63,895 bases of DNA, taken from positions 1 through 63,895 of IMG/VR virus record IMGVR_UViG_3300021256_000015. The stretch is one strand, 5' to 3'. This stretch comes from a virus. Position 1 is the first letter of the stretch; each line of letters begins with the position of its first letter. The translations under genes and the position numbers were made by a program. The notes under the pieces were generated by a model. That model made no database searches. It was not told the DNA's origin and saw only the letters and a list, made by a program, of their open reading frames with translations. Shown one piece after another: positions 54,216 to 63,767 of this stretch.

Positions 54216-54808
54216 GCAGCGAGATAGTAGATATTTTCGCCGATGTGGTGAGTAAGGTAAGTCAAGGATTGGTAATCACAATGCCAAACGCCCTCGACCC
54301 AGCCACATTCATAGAGGTCAACAGTCCTGACATCTCTTATATCTTCGGAAATGCACGATATTTCAAAGACGACTTGGACGATAAGAGCAAGGCAGAGGTA
54401 ACGAGCGTCAAGAAGTTCCCTGTCGTGTGTCTTTTCGCACCAATCAAGGAGAAACGCAATCAGGAAGACCCATTGAAAAAGCAGTACTATACCACTGCGA
54501 GGGTTAGTCTGCTAATCGCTTGTTCAAGTGTGAAGGACTGGACCAACGAGCAGCGCAAAGTCTATTCATTCGAGAATATCTTGCGGCCTATATACTTCAA
54601 GCTGCTTGAGGTATTGGAGAATGACCCACGCCTCGACTGGGGGTATGGTGGCAAGATACCGCACGAATACTCTGAAAACTATTCCTATGGCAAGTATGGT
54701 GCATATACTGACAGTACAGGTAACGCTATCAGTGAGCCCATAGATGCCATCAACATCGTTAACTTACAATTAAAAATAAAACCAATTAATAACTGTAGAA
54801 GAAAATGA
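54212..54808 (+). CDS. Head-tail joining/tail terminator, putative
   Basis: ATGA overlap; assigned from position only. Confidence 0.45.
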   Translation: MSSEIVDIFADVVSKVSQGLVITMPNALDPATFIEVNSPDISYIFGNARYFKDDLDDKSKAEVTSVKKFPVVCLFAPIKEKRNQEDPLKKQYYTTARVSLLIACSSVKDWTNEQRKVYSFENILRPIYFKLLEVLENDPRLDWGYGGKIPHEYSENYSYGKYGAYTDSTGNAISEPIDAINIVNLQLKIKPINNCRRK

Positions 54809-55644
54809 GAAAAATCCGTAAATGTACTGGAGGCAACCTCGACACTGGAGTGTCGAAATGCCCTCTTGACCTCGCCAACGTTATTGGCGCGATTGTCGTT
54901 GAGCCCGGCACCATATTCCCAGCTAATGCCACAGCGTCATCTATTGAGGAGGCGTGCCATGCAGACCGTCCCGACCGTCTAATGCCGGTGATGCTCTTTG
55001 TCGAGTATGCAAAGGATGGCGGAGAGCCTAACGTGAGTGCTGTGGGCTATGGTGGCAACCAAGTCACCAACGTAGGCGCTCGTACTGACACTTTCACCCT
55101 CGACAAGTGCTATACTGACCTTGCCGCGTCCTTGAGCAAGTGCATGAACCGCAAGTTCGAGGTGTTCTATTTTGATGAGAACAACGTAGTTTATGGCTTG
55201 CAGAAAGGCGACAATCTGCGAGGTTTCCCCATCACCACGCTCTATCCGACCGTCACACCCCATCCCACAAGTGGCAACCCTGCCACTCTCACGGTATCTT
55301 TCGCGTTCGAGAACGCACGAGATGCCATTGAGCATTTCGATTTCCTTGAACTTGACTTCAACCTCAAGGACTCCCTTGTGGGCCTGACATCCGTTCAGCT
55401 TGTGAGCACTGGCACAGAGAACACTTACAAGATTATTGAGAAGCAGGGAGGATATGATGTCACTTCCAAGTTTGGCAGTGCCATCGCTACCGCTCCCACT
55501 GGTATCATCAGCAACGTAACAGCGGCCACCTACGATAGCGAGACAGATACCTTGACGCTTACCGTCACCAACGGCAAGACCCCATCGCTCAAGGCACCGT
55601 CAGCTCTGTATCAGGCCGGCATTAAAGGCATCGTAGCGGCATGA
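54805..55644 (+). CDS. Major tail protein, putative
   Basis: 279 aa. A terminator hairpin lies about 180 nt downstream, and the gene is upstream of the chaperone/tape-measure genes. Confidence 0.5.
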   Translation: MRKIRKCTGGNLDTGVSKCPLDLANVIGAIVVEPGTIFPANATASSIEEACHADRPDRLMPVMLFVEYAKDGGEPNVSAVGYGGNQVTNVGARTDTFTLDKCYTDLAASLSKCMNRKFEVFYFDENNVVYGLQKGDNLRGFPITTLYPTVTPHPTSGNPATLTVSFAFENARDAIEHFDFLELDFNLKDSLVGLTSVQLVSTGTENTYKIIEKQGGYDVTSKFGSAIATAPTGIISNVTAATYDSETDTLTLTVTNGKTPSLKAPSALYQAGIKGIVAA

Positions 55645-55820
55645 TAATCGAGGGAGTGTTTTTCGTCGTCGAGGAATGCCGGAAGATGACAAAAGAGGAG
55701 TTCGTTGATAACTTCATTGATGTCTTTTGGTTGAACAGACCTCGCAAGGAGCGAAAGAAGATGTTGAATGACGCTTACGCTCTGATTAATCCGCCCTCAA
55801 GAGTGGAGAAGAGTAAATAA
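55641..55820 (+). CDS. 59-aa hypothetical protein (absent from the ORF track)
   Basis: MIIEGVFFVVEECRKMTKEEFVDNF...; ATGA overlap. Confidence 0.45.
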   Translation: MIIEGVFFVVEECRKMTKEEFVDNFIDVFWLNRPRKERKKMLNDAYALINPPSRVEKSK

Positions 55821-55825
55821 CCATC

Positions 55826-55858
55826 GGGCGGTGTACCAAATGCACCGCCCATATTTTT
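55826..55858 (+). terminator. Hairpin gggcggtg-N9-caccgccc plus T-tract inside the tail module
   Basis: 8-bp GC stem followed by atattttt. Confidence 0.7.
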
Positions 55859-55865
55859 AACAACT

Positions 55866-56387
55866 ATGGCAACGTTTGATGAAGTTTATGATGCTGTAAA
55901 AAAATGGGAGAATGGATTTGACGAGAAGTGCCTTGAGTGCATGGACAGCAACCAGTCCGTGTTTGTGCGTTCCATCCGTGAGCAGATATACAGCGGTTTG
56001 AAGGGTGATGGCACCCACATATCGCCGTCCTACGATGATGATCCATTCTTTGAAGAGCCTGGCAACTGGTATCATGGCAGTGACCGTTACAAGGCATGGA
56101 AAGCCGAGATAACACCTCCTGAGGCAGGAACAATGTTAGGACTGCCCCCTCGTCCCTACAACACTCCAAACCTATTCATCAACGGCAAGTTCCATAGTGA
56201 GATATTTTCGGCGAAAGGTGACAGACAGATAGATGTGAAAGTAGTAGAGAGTGGCGACGGTCCCGATATTGTGGGCAAGTATGGTGATGAGCTTTTGACC
56301 ATCGGCGAGCGTGCCACAGAGTATTTCAATGAGACCTATCTAACGCCCTATTTAGAGGATTTCTTTAATGATTGCGGATTACTATGA
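55866..56387 (+). CDS. Tail assembly chaperone candidate (173 aa)
   Basis: Position directly upstream of the tape measure. Confidence 0.4.
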   Translation: MATFDEVYDAVKKWENGFDEKCLECMDSNQSVFVRSIREQIYSGLKGDGTHISPSYDDDPFFEEPGNWYHGSDRYKAWKAEITPPEAGTMLGLPPRPYNTPNLFINGKFHSEIFSAKGDRQIDVKVVESGDGPDIVGKYGDELLTIGERATEYFNETYLTPYLEDFFNDCGLL

Positions 56388-56572
56388 GTTGTGGTTGTGA
56401 GAACAAGAAGATAGCCAGTGAGCGTGAGCGCATCGCTTCACTGGCAAAGAAATGCGCCGTAATGGAGCAGTGCATTATGGAACTGCGACTAAAGGACGAT
56501 GGCACATACACCTTCAACCGTGTAGGCGTTGAGGGAAGCGGAAAGATTATAGAGTACATTCATTATTTGTAA
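56384..56572 (+). CDS. Small tail-module protein (62 aa)
   Basis: ATGA overlap; MSCGCENKK.... Confidence 0.45.
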   Translation: MSCGCENKKIASERERIASLAKKCAVMEQCIMELRLKDDGTYTFNRVGVEGSGKIIEYIHYL

Positions 56573-56582
56573 AATAAACGTT

Positions 56583-59500
56583 ATGGGAATAAAGATAACC
56601 GACTTAGTTGACATGAATGCAAGGCAGCAGCTCACTGACTTGCTAACGACTTTTGATGAAGTGAGGTCAAAGTACGTTCAGATCGCCAATGAACTTGTTA
56701 ATGGCATCAACATCAAAGTGACCATCATAGGCGATTTGGAGAAACTTGACAATCTTGTGCGTGTCCAGTCACGTCAGTTGGTGCAGGCCACGCAGCAGAT
56801 GCAGTCAGCGGTTGCACAGCAAAACACCGTACTCGGAAATACCACCAACACCATCTCCCGCGCCCTCGCAGAGCAGGAAAAACTAAACAAACAGTACCGC
56901 GTAACGGAGAGTGTCACTACCAGTTGGAAACAAGCTACAGACGCTGCCCTTGGCACCAATCAACAGAATATAGCCTTACTTGTTGAATATGAGCAGCGTT
57001 TAAAAGAAATAAATGCCTCAATAAAGCAAGTGGAGGCAAGTCAAAAAGCTCAAACAATATCTGACGAAGATGCTAAGGAACGACTCACTGCATTAAAGGC
57101 TGAGTCCATTGAGTTGAAGATTGCTAAGCAGGAACTACAGAAAATCATCAACAATGAAGAAAAGGCCAATCAAGCCGCAGAGGGTAGTTACAAACAACTA
57201 TCGTTGGAGTTGGAGCGAATGAGGATGGCTTATAAAGAGATGAACGAAGCTGAAAAGCAAAGCGATGCAGGTCAGGAGTTAGCTACCAACATTACAATCC
57301 TCGATAATCAACTCAAAGATGCTGCTGCTGATATGGGCGAGTTCCAGCGTAACGTAGGTAACTATGCCATCGCAGCGCAATCGGGAGTGAGCAATACCGA
57401 TGCATTGGCAAAGGCTCTCAGCACGGAGGCCACCGATGCAAAAACCGCTGCAGAGCAAAACGTCATCTTGCGTGAAGCCCTCGAAAAGATAAGACAGACC
57501 ACCCCAACCGCCACGGAGCAAATCAACCAGCTATCTCAAAAGATACAACAGAATGAGCAAGTAATCAAATCTCACACGCAGGCGAGCGAAGGACTTGTCA
57601 ACACGATGGGCAAGATGTTAGGTGTAAATGGCAAGTTCGGAAGTTCTTTGCAGTCACTCGCAGCCAATGCCAGCAACGGAGGAAGTGTAATTACTGGTTT
57701 GACCGGCAAGATAGGCGCATTAGGTAAGACCTTGATGGGGTTGCTTGCTAACCCTTACGTTCTTGCATTTCTGGGGATAGCTGGAGTAGTAGCTGGTGTT
57801 AAGTGGTGGTATGACTATAACAAAGGACTTGTAGAGGCAAGCCGTCAAACAAAATACTTCACTGGATTGACTGGTGATGCCATGAAATCAGTCCGTGACA
57901 ACGTGCAAGCAGTTGCCGACACATTCAATCAGGACTTTACAAACACGTTGCACAGTGCTAACGCCATTGCGCAAAACTTCGGCATATCTGTAAACGATGC
58001 GACTGACCTGATTGCAAAGGGGTTTGCCGCCGGCGGTACTAACAGTGAGCAGTTCCTCTCCAATCTTGAGCGTTTTGCACCCACGATGCAAAAGATGGGA
58101 ATGAGTGCAGAGGAGATGGTTGCGACCCTCTCACAGATTGACAAAGCTGGAGTGAACTCACAGAGGGCATTGACTGCTATGGGTAAGGCATCATTGCAGT
58201 TGCGTACTATGAATGATGGCACATCAAAGAGCCTTAAGCAAATTGGCATTGACGCTAATGAAATGAGCAAGGCGATCCAAGATGGCTCTATGAGTGTCAA
58301 CGCAGCTATGGGAACTATTGCGCAGAAACTGCAAGAAGTCGGCACCAACAGCCAAGAAGCAGCCGTAGTCATGAAGGACTTGTTTGGTGCGAGAGGTGAG
58401 AGTGCCATCGGTGAGGGCTTTATTGATTTCCTTGCTGAGAGCAACAAAGGCATGGAGGAATTACTTGGCAAAGAGGACAGCCTTCAACGTCTAAAACTTC
58501 AAGAAGTTGAAGTTGACAAAGAGTTGAATGATGTTATGGCATCTCTCTTTGATATGACTGGAGGCGGTTTCGAGAGCATAACCACTCGATGCAAGATATG
58601 GATCAAGCAGGGACTAATCGCTGCTATAAAGTGGGTAGTTGACCTCATCAATTATTTCATTGACTGGTATAATGAGAGTCTTACTTTGCGTGCCGTAATT
58701 CAGTGGATTGTACTCGGATTTAAACAGATGTGGGAGGCGGCAAAACTTGCCTGTAATCTCATTGTAGATGCACTAAAAGGAGTTGGCCGTTTCTTGCAAG
58801 GTTTAGGTGATATGGTGGAGGGTGTGTTTACTCTCAATACTGATAAAATCACTGGAGGATGGGACAAACTCATGCAGAATTACAAAACAACATTTAAAGA
58901 AGCTTGGGGCGATATTGAGAATTTCGGCAAAGCTACAGCACAGAATGTTGCAGACGCATGGGTAAACACGATGAAACAAACCCACATTGCCCACCTCAAC
59001 TATAGTGCCGTCGGTGATGCAGATGTCAGTGGCGGTGGCAACGGCAAACCAACTCCCAAAGGGACTGGTGGTAACGGTGGAGGTGGCGGTGGCGGCGGTG
59101 GCAGCGACGCGTCATCAAAGAGGCAAAAAGAAATTCAGAAAATGAACAAAGATGCCGAGAAAGCAGCTCAGGATGCAGCAAAAGCCGCTGAACAACTCGA
59201 AGAGGCACAAATACAAGCGATGGAAGAGGGATTGACAAAAACTCTTGCACTCATCCGCTTGCAGTACAAAAAGAAGATTGAAGCGATTAAAGGCAATAGT
59301 GAGAATGAGAAAAAACTGCGCCTACAATATCAAAAAGATATGGATAGGGACCTTGCCAACGCCACAACAAAATATCTTGTAAACCAGTATAAAATTAATC
59401 TTGAAAATAGACTTGCAGCCGCTAAAGAGGCAAGTAAAGAAGAATATGACCTCAAATTTGAGAAATTACAAAACGAGTACCAGGCAGAGCTCGCCAGTGC

Positions 59501-60893
59501 AAAAGCGACTGGAGCTGATACTCATTTGATAGATGAAAAATACAAAAAACTATCGCTTGACTTAATGAATGACTATTATGGCAAACGACTCGCAAAGATG
59601 CAAGAAACGGCGGCCACTGCGCAAATCGTAATGGACAACCAACTCAAAACAGAGTTAAACGCCCTGAATGAGCAACAAGCGCAGGAACTCGAGATGGCAG
59701 GTAATAATGCAGAGAAAATTGCAGCCATCAAAGAAAAGTACCAAAACAAATCAGCAGAATTGCAGGAAAAATATGCCATTACCACAGCTCAAGCGCAAAT
59801 GCAAGCGTTGAAAGACCAACTGACAGCATTTAATATTGCCGATGGTGAGATTAGCGATTTACTTGACAAAATCAGTCAAGGTGAGATTGACGCTGCCGCT
59901 GCCGTACTTGAGGCAAAAGGATTTGAGCACGATGACGCATTGAACCTTGCCAAGTCACTTGCATCCGCTGAGGTACAGATTGACGATGCTGTCACAGCCC
60001 ACAAACTCGCAAACATGGAGCGGGTGACTGACGCTGCAACTAAGGCAAGAGATGCACGAATTGCCAACGCTGAAAAGTGGCTTAATGCCGTTGGTGAGGC
60101 TTGCAACAACATTAATGACCTTATAAGCACTCTTTTTGATGCTCAAATCGCAAAGATAGAGGAACAGCAAGAGGCAAACCAGCAACAGCATGACGCTGCA
60201 ATAGCCAATATCGATGATGAGTATAATAAGGGTTTGATAACTCAGGAAGAGTCCGAAATCCGCAAGCGTGAAATCGAAGAGGCCACCGCAAAACGTGAGG
60301 CGGAACTTCAAAAGAAGAAGGCGCAAGCTGAATACAAGCAAGCCCTTGCAGAGAAGGCAAACAACATATCTCAAATCGTAATCGCCACCTCGTTAGGCAT
60401 TATGAAGGCATCGCCTAACTGGGTGAATATGGCACTTGTGGCAGCGATGGGAGCGATACAGCTTGCAACGGCAATCGCACAGCCGATTAAAGCCTACAAG
60501 CGTGGTACTGACTACCACCCAGGCGGACTCGCTATCGTTGGTGATGGTGGCAAACGTGAGGTAGTTGAGACCAACGGAAAGTACTGGATAACACCAAAAG
60601 TGCCCACATTGGTTGAAATGCCCGAGGGCTCAAAGGTATTTCCTGACTATCTTGACTTCATCGCCAATGAGCCTCCAGTGAATTACGGTGACTTGCTTGC
60701 TGCATTGCCATTACCAGATATCAGTCCTTTGCTATTCGCACAGAATAAGCCAAAAGTAATCGTGAACAACGATTACCGCGCCCTGCAACGTGAGTTGGTT
60801 GAAAACAACCGACTTATGAAAGCTATGATTAAGCAACAGCATCGAGACGCTGCACGCTTTAAATATGACCAGTACAGAGCAGAGAGGATATGA
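56583..60893 (+). CDS. Tape measure protein (1436 aa)
   Basis: Very long coiled-coil-rich ORF with central TM-like segments and a Gly run. Confidence 0.9.
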   Translation: MGIKITDLVDMNARQQLTDLLTTFDEVRSKYVQIANELVNGINIKVTIIGDLEKLDNLVRVQSRQLVQATQQMQSAVAQQNTVLGNTTNTISRALAEQEKLNKQYRVTESVTTSWKQATDAALGTNQQNIALLVEYEQRLKEINASIKQVEASQKAQTISDEDAKERLTALKAESIELKIAKQELQKIINNEEKANQAAEGSYKQLSLELERMRMAYKEMNEAEKQSDAGQELATNITILDNQLKDAAADMGEFQRNVGNYAIAAQSGVSNTDALAKALSTEATDAKTAAEQNVILREALEKIRQTTPTATEQINQLSQKIQQNEQVIKSHTQASEGLVNTMGKMLGVNGKFGSSLQSLAANASNGGSVITGLTGKIGALGKTLMGLLANPYVLAFLGIAGVVAGVKWWYDYNKGLVEASRQTKYFTGLTGDAMKSVRDNVQAVADTFNQDFTNTLHSANAIAQNFGISVNDATDLIAKGFAAGGTNSEQFLSNLERFAPTMQKMGMSAEEMVATLSQIDKAGVNSQRALTAMGKASLQLRTMNDGTSKSLKQIGIDANEMSKAIQDGSMSVNAAMGTIAQKLQEVGTNSQEAAVVMKDLFGARGESAIGEGFIDFLAESNKGMEELLGKEDSLQRLKLQEVEVDKELNDVMASLFDMTGGGFESITTRCKIWIKQGLIAAIKWVVDLINYFIDWYNESLTLRAVIQWIVLGFKQMWEAAKLACNLIVDALKGVGRFLQGLGDMVEGVFTLNTDKITGGWDKLMQNYKTTFKEAWGDIENFGKATAQNVADAWVNTMKQTHIAHLNYSAVGDADVSGGGNGKPTPKGTGGNGGGGGGGGGSDASSKRQKEIQKMNKDAEKAAQDAAKAAEQLEEAQIQAMEEGLTKTLALIRLQYKKKIEAIKGNSENEKKLRLQYQKDMDRDLANATTKYLVNQYKINLENRLAAAKEASKEEYDLKFEKLQNEYQAELASAKATGADTHLIDEKYKKLSLDLMNDYYGKRLAKMQETAATAQIVMDNQLKTELNALNEQQAQELEMAGNNAEKIAAIKEKYQNKSAELQEKYAITTAQAQMQALKDQLTAFNIADGEISDLLDKISQGEIDAAAAVLEAKGFEHDDALNLAKSLASAEVQIDDAVTAHKLANMERVTDAATKARDARIANAEKWLNAVGEACNNINDLISTLFDAQIAKIEEQQEANQQQHDAAIANIDDEYNKGLITQEESEIRKREIEEATAKREAELQKKKAQAEYKQALAEKANNISQIVIATSLGIMKASPNWVNMALVAAMGAIQLATAIAQPIKAYKRGTDYHPGGLAIVGDGGKREVVETNGKYWITPKVPTLVEMPEGSKVFPDYLDFIANEPPVNYGDLLAALPLPDISPLLFAQNKPKVIVNNDYRALQRELVENNRLMKAMIKQQHRDAARFKYDQYRAERI

Positions 60894-61474
60894 AAGAAAA
60901 GCTAAGTGATTTGACTCTTGCCGAGTTCATAGATATGGAGTGTGGCGATTTGAATGTGCTCAAAGAAAAGCATGAGATAGTAACTCCTGAGATGCTTGCA
61001 AAGAGACGCAGTGAGTTGTCTCACGAGTTCCAATCAATCGCCAGTCCCTCGTCATTCAAATCTATGCTCATTGACCGTGACCGTAAAGGCAAGATGCGTG
61101 TGAAAGCAATGTTTTTCGGCGTGCTTAAGTCTTTAATCAAGATTGACGGATTTAGTGACGTGCGGGATCTGCTCACTAAATATGGTGTCGATTGTCGAGA
61201 CCGTGACGACGCATGGATAGAGCGTGAAGTTATTACGCAACTCAACTCCGTGACCTTTGAACTTAAACGCATGGGTGTTGAGATAAAGGAAGAAGGGCAA
61301 AGCACTCCCGATGAGATACGCCGTAGATACGAGGGCATGGTTGCCGATTTGATGATAGCAAACAAAATGAGTATTGACATTGACAGCATACGAGCGAGTG
61401 TGTTTGCCTCAATGATACACAAAGCTAATGAGATAGCAAAAGAGCTTAACGCAAAGATTAAGTCCCTCAAATAG
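60890..61474 (+). CDS. Tail-associated hypothetical protein (194 aa)
   Basis: ATGA overlap with the tape measure; last gene before the terminator. Confidence 0.5.
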   Translation: MKEKLSDLTLAEFIDMECGDLNVLKEKHEIVTPEMLAKRRSELSHEFQSIASPSSFKSMLIDRDRKGKMRVKAMFFGVLKSLIKIDGFSDVRDLLTKYGVDCRDRDDAWIEREVITQLNSVTFELKRMGVEIKEEGQSTPDEIRRRYEGMVADLMIANKMSIDIDSIRASVFASMIHKANEIAKELNAKIKSLK

Positions 61475-61494
61475 TGAATGTCCATTTTTAGTTG

Positions 61495-61531
61495 AGGCTG
61501 TAAGGTTTGAGTATCTTGCAGCCTTTTTTTT
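61495..61531 (+). terminator. Hairpin aggctg-N18-cagcct plus T8
   Basis: Ends the head/tail late operon. Confidence 0.65.
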
Positions 61532-61588
61532 AATGTTGTATGAACTTTTCTGAGCTTGAACGGTAATAGACCTGTAAACAGTAATATT

Positions 61589-61777
61589 ATGAAGTACAAC
61601 ATCAAAAGAGACATTCGCCGCCTCTCTGTGAGGATGGCTGTGATAGAACAGAAGTGCGACCTTATAATGGCGCAATTGTCATCCATGAAGATTGGGCATG
61701 ACTTAGATGAGTTGATAGAGAGAATGCACCGCCACGCTCGTTCGATGCGTGATGACTCGAAAAGGGCAAAGCCATGA
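61589..61777 (+). CDS. Small helical protein upstream of the sigma factor (62 aa)
   Basis: First ATG; ATGA overlap with the sigma gene. Confidence 0.45.
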   Translation: MKYNIKRDIRRLSVRMAVIEQKCDLIMAQLSSMKIGHDLDELIERMHRHARSMRDDSKRAKP

Positions 61778-62238
61778 GTGACATTGAGAGTGAGATTGCA
61801 CACCTTTACTCCTGGATTAGAGGTGTGGCGTGTCGCATATCTTGTGACGTGATGGATGGTGAGGATTTGGCGCATGACACAATAATAAAAGCATTACTCA
61901 ATGCGAGTCGGTTTCATGCCAGCAGGGACTTAAAACCGTGGTTAATGGCGATAATGGCAAACACCTACAAAAGCAAGATGCGCCATGTCGCTAAAATTCC
62001 ATTTTGCCCATTGCAGGATGAGTGGACGCCGTTCAGCCGTGCAGATCCAGATGACTATCTTAATTGCAAGTCGATAATAGCCCTCATGCAGTCCGACTCA
62101 CGTCTGCAATCGTTGTGGCTTTATGCAAGCGGTTACGACTATGATGAGATAGCGGTCATGTTGGGCATCAAGCCTGGCACCGTCAAAAGTAGGATTTACT
62201 ATGCACGAAAGCGGTTAAAGTCACTATTGGGCATTTAA
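61774..62238 (+). CDS. ECF-type sigma-70 family factor (154 aa)
   Basis: Region 2 is EDLAHDTIIKALLNASRF...KPWLMAIMANTYKSKMR. Region 4 is LWLYASGYDYDEIAVMLGIKPGTVKSRIYYARKRLKSLL. Confidence 0.8.
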   Translation: MSDIESEIAHLYSWIRGVACRISCDVMDGEDLAHDTIIKALLNASRFHASRDLKPWLMAIMANTYKSKMRHVAKIPFCPLQDEWTPFSRADPDDYLNCKSIIALMQSDSRLQSLWLYASGYDYDEIAVMLGIKPGTVKSRIYYARKRLKSLLGI

Positions 62239-62250
62239 AATGTCAGTAAA

Positions 62251-62339
62251 AGTTAAGGTGTAAAAATGGAGTTCATTCTGTTTGCACACCTCGACAATAT
62301 ACGCTAACTTTACAGTAGATAATTAAATAAGTCAAACCA
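62251..62339 (+). promoter_or_regulatory. Early promoter cassette E
   Basis: AGTTAAGGTGTAAAAATGGAG, TTG, 20 nt, TAACTTTA, leader 62329-39. Confidence 0.6.
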
Positions 62340-62356
62340 TTTAAAATTGTAAAGCT

Positions 62357-62692
62357 ATGCAGACAAAAACAAACTTCCGAGTGAGAGTCATGAACTATGC
62401 TCACCACATCTTCGAGACCCAAAACTACACATGGAGTGCAGCCCTGAAAAAAGCGTGGACGCTCTACCGACTTGTAAAGGCCATGCGCAAAGGCGTTGTT
62501 AAGTTCTACTTCGAGAAAGTAGATGGCAGTGCGAGAGTTGCCTATGGCACCCTCTGCAATCTTCCTGCCGGCATCACTTTCCGTAAAAGGAGTGCCAAAG
62601 CTCCCAACTATAGCACTCTATGCTATTGGGACACCAAAAAGAACGCCTTCCGTTCATTCCGAGTTGAAAACTTCATCGCCGTTGCCGTATGA
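62357..62692 (+). CDS. DUF2693-like (SH3 beta-barrel) protein
   Basis: VVKFYFEKVDGSARVAYGTLCNL...YWDTKKNAFRSFRVENF. Confidence 0.5.
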   Translation: MQTKTNFRVRVMNYAHHIFETQNYTWSAALKKAWTLYRLVKAMRKGVVKFYFEKVDGSARVAYGTLCNLPAGITFRKRSAKAPNYSTLCYWDTKKNAFRSFRVENFIAVAV

Positions 62693-62956
62693 AAGGCTTA
62701 CTCATTACTCCCGAGGCGAGCGTGACCGAGTTAGTCCCTGCGAACGGCAGGGACTTCACGCTTGAAGAGTTGCAGAAGAGCGTTGATGGGTGCATCGAAA
62801 TCATCGACCTCACACCGAAGACCATAATGATTGTGAATGAGGACGGCAAAGGCAGGATGTACCCCGACAGTCATCGCCAAAGGGTGCCGGGCAATATTCC
62901 CGAATGACTACATCGCTGGCAATGCCGTAATGTGTCCAAGTGAAATGGTTAAGTGA
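62689..62956 (+). pseudogene. DUF3846-like gene split by a +1 frame change at the C4 run 62862-65
   Basis: Frame 1 (62689-62907) gives MKGLLITPE...LEELQKSVDGCIEIIDL...VNEDGKGRMYP. The +1 frame continues PTVIAKGCRAIFPNDYIAGNAVMCPSEMVK to 62956. Confidence 0.45.
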
Positions 62957-62963
62957 TTTCAAT

Positions 62964-63005
62964 AGGCGGTTTTCCTAAAAAAAGGTTAAAAAACCGCCTT
63001 TTCTT
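62964..63005 (+). terminator. Hairpin aggcggtttt-N16-aaaaccgcct plus T-tract
   Basis: 10-bp stem. Confidence 0.7.
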
Positions 63006-63097
63006 AAAAATAATTGGGTGCAAATTTGCACACAAAGAAAAAAGGCATTATCTTTGTCACAGAAAAATTAAGTCAAACCAATCAAACTTTTAGAATT

Positions 63098-63283
63098 ATG
63101 ACAGCAACAGCAATTAAAATCCGTTTTGTGGTAGTTGACACAATTACCGGTGGAGAGGTTACAAATCCAGTTCGCTTCGAGAGTGAGGCACTTGCTCAAA
63201 TCCCAGAGTTAGAGAAAAACGACAAAGAGTGCGGATGCTATGAGCCAAACACCTACAAAGTTGAGAGAATTGAGATAATCTAA
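63098..63283 (+). CDS. Hypothetical protein (61 aa)
   Basis: ATG 17 nt after leader motif 63070-80. The upstream part of ORF 63014 covers a TATCTTTG promoter. Confidence 0.55.
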   Translation: MTATAIKIRFVVVDTITGGEVTNPVRFESEALAQIPELEKNDKECGCYEPNTYKVERIEII

Positions 63284-63290
63284 AATCAAC

Positions 63291-63306
63291 GGGGGCGCAA
63301 GCCCCC
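63291..63306 (+). other. GC hairpin gggggc-gcaa-gccccc (no U-tract)
   Basis: Near-twin of the hairpin at 63740-55. Confidence 0.7.
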
Positions 63307-63347
63307 CTCCAAAAACAAAAAGTCAAACCAATTAAACAACCACAACT

Positions 63348-63734
63348 ATGTTACAGCATGAATTTGAGGCCCTGACGGGCAAGAGAGTTGAAACCGAGGA
63401 CTACAACAGCATCATTGACCCCATGTATATGTCAACAGACATGGACAAGCAAGATTTCTGCAAAGACTTCATCAAGCACAAACTATTGGACTCGACAGTT
63501 GCCAATGAACTGACAAACCAAGTGAACAAACTCCGCAAGAGCGTTCAGCGTATGAGTGACGAGCGCAAAGAAGTAGTTTTGTTACTTCTCAAAGCCGCAG
63601 GCGGTGAGGAAAATGAACTCTCACGGGCGGCTGTTAAGATGGTAGGCCACAAAGAAGTAATCAAACTCAAGTTGCTTAATGGATGGCAACTGAGCGACAG
63701 TGACAAAGCCTACATCACAGAAAACATCGCATAA
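63348..63734 (+). CDS. Hypothetical protein (128 aa)
   Basis: ATG 17 nt after leader motif 63320-30. Confidence 0.6.
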   Translation: MLQHEFEALTGKRVETEDYNSIIDPMYMSTDMDKQDFCKDFIKHKLLDSTVANELTNQVNKLRKSVQRMSDERKEVVLLLLKAAGGEENELSRAAVKMVGHKEVIKLKLLNGWQLSDSDKAYITENIA

Positions 63735-63739
63735 TAATC

Positions 63740-63755
63740 AGGGGGCAATTGCCCC
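63740..63755 (+). other. GC hairpin gggggc-aatt-gccccc (no U-tract)
   Basis: Follows the 128-aa gene and precedes the HTH gene across the circular junction. Confidence 0.7.
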
Positions 63756-63767
63756 CTTCTAATACTT

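Noticed and set aside
56340-56400. Programmed -1 frameshift between the two genes upstream of the tape measure
   Set aside because: ORF 56372 is in the -1 frame, but that frame is closed by TGA at 56369-71. The 16-nt overlap (ttgcggattactatga) has no XXXYYYZ slippery heptamer. An ATGA-coupled separate start at 56384 explains the arrangement.
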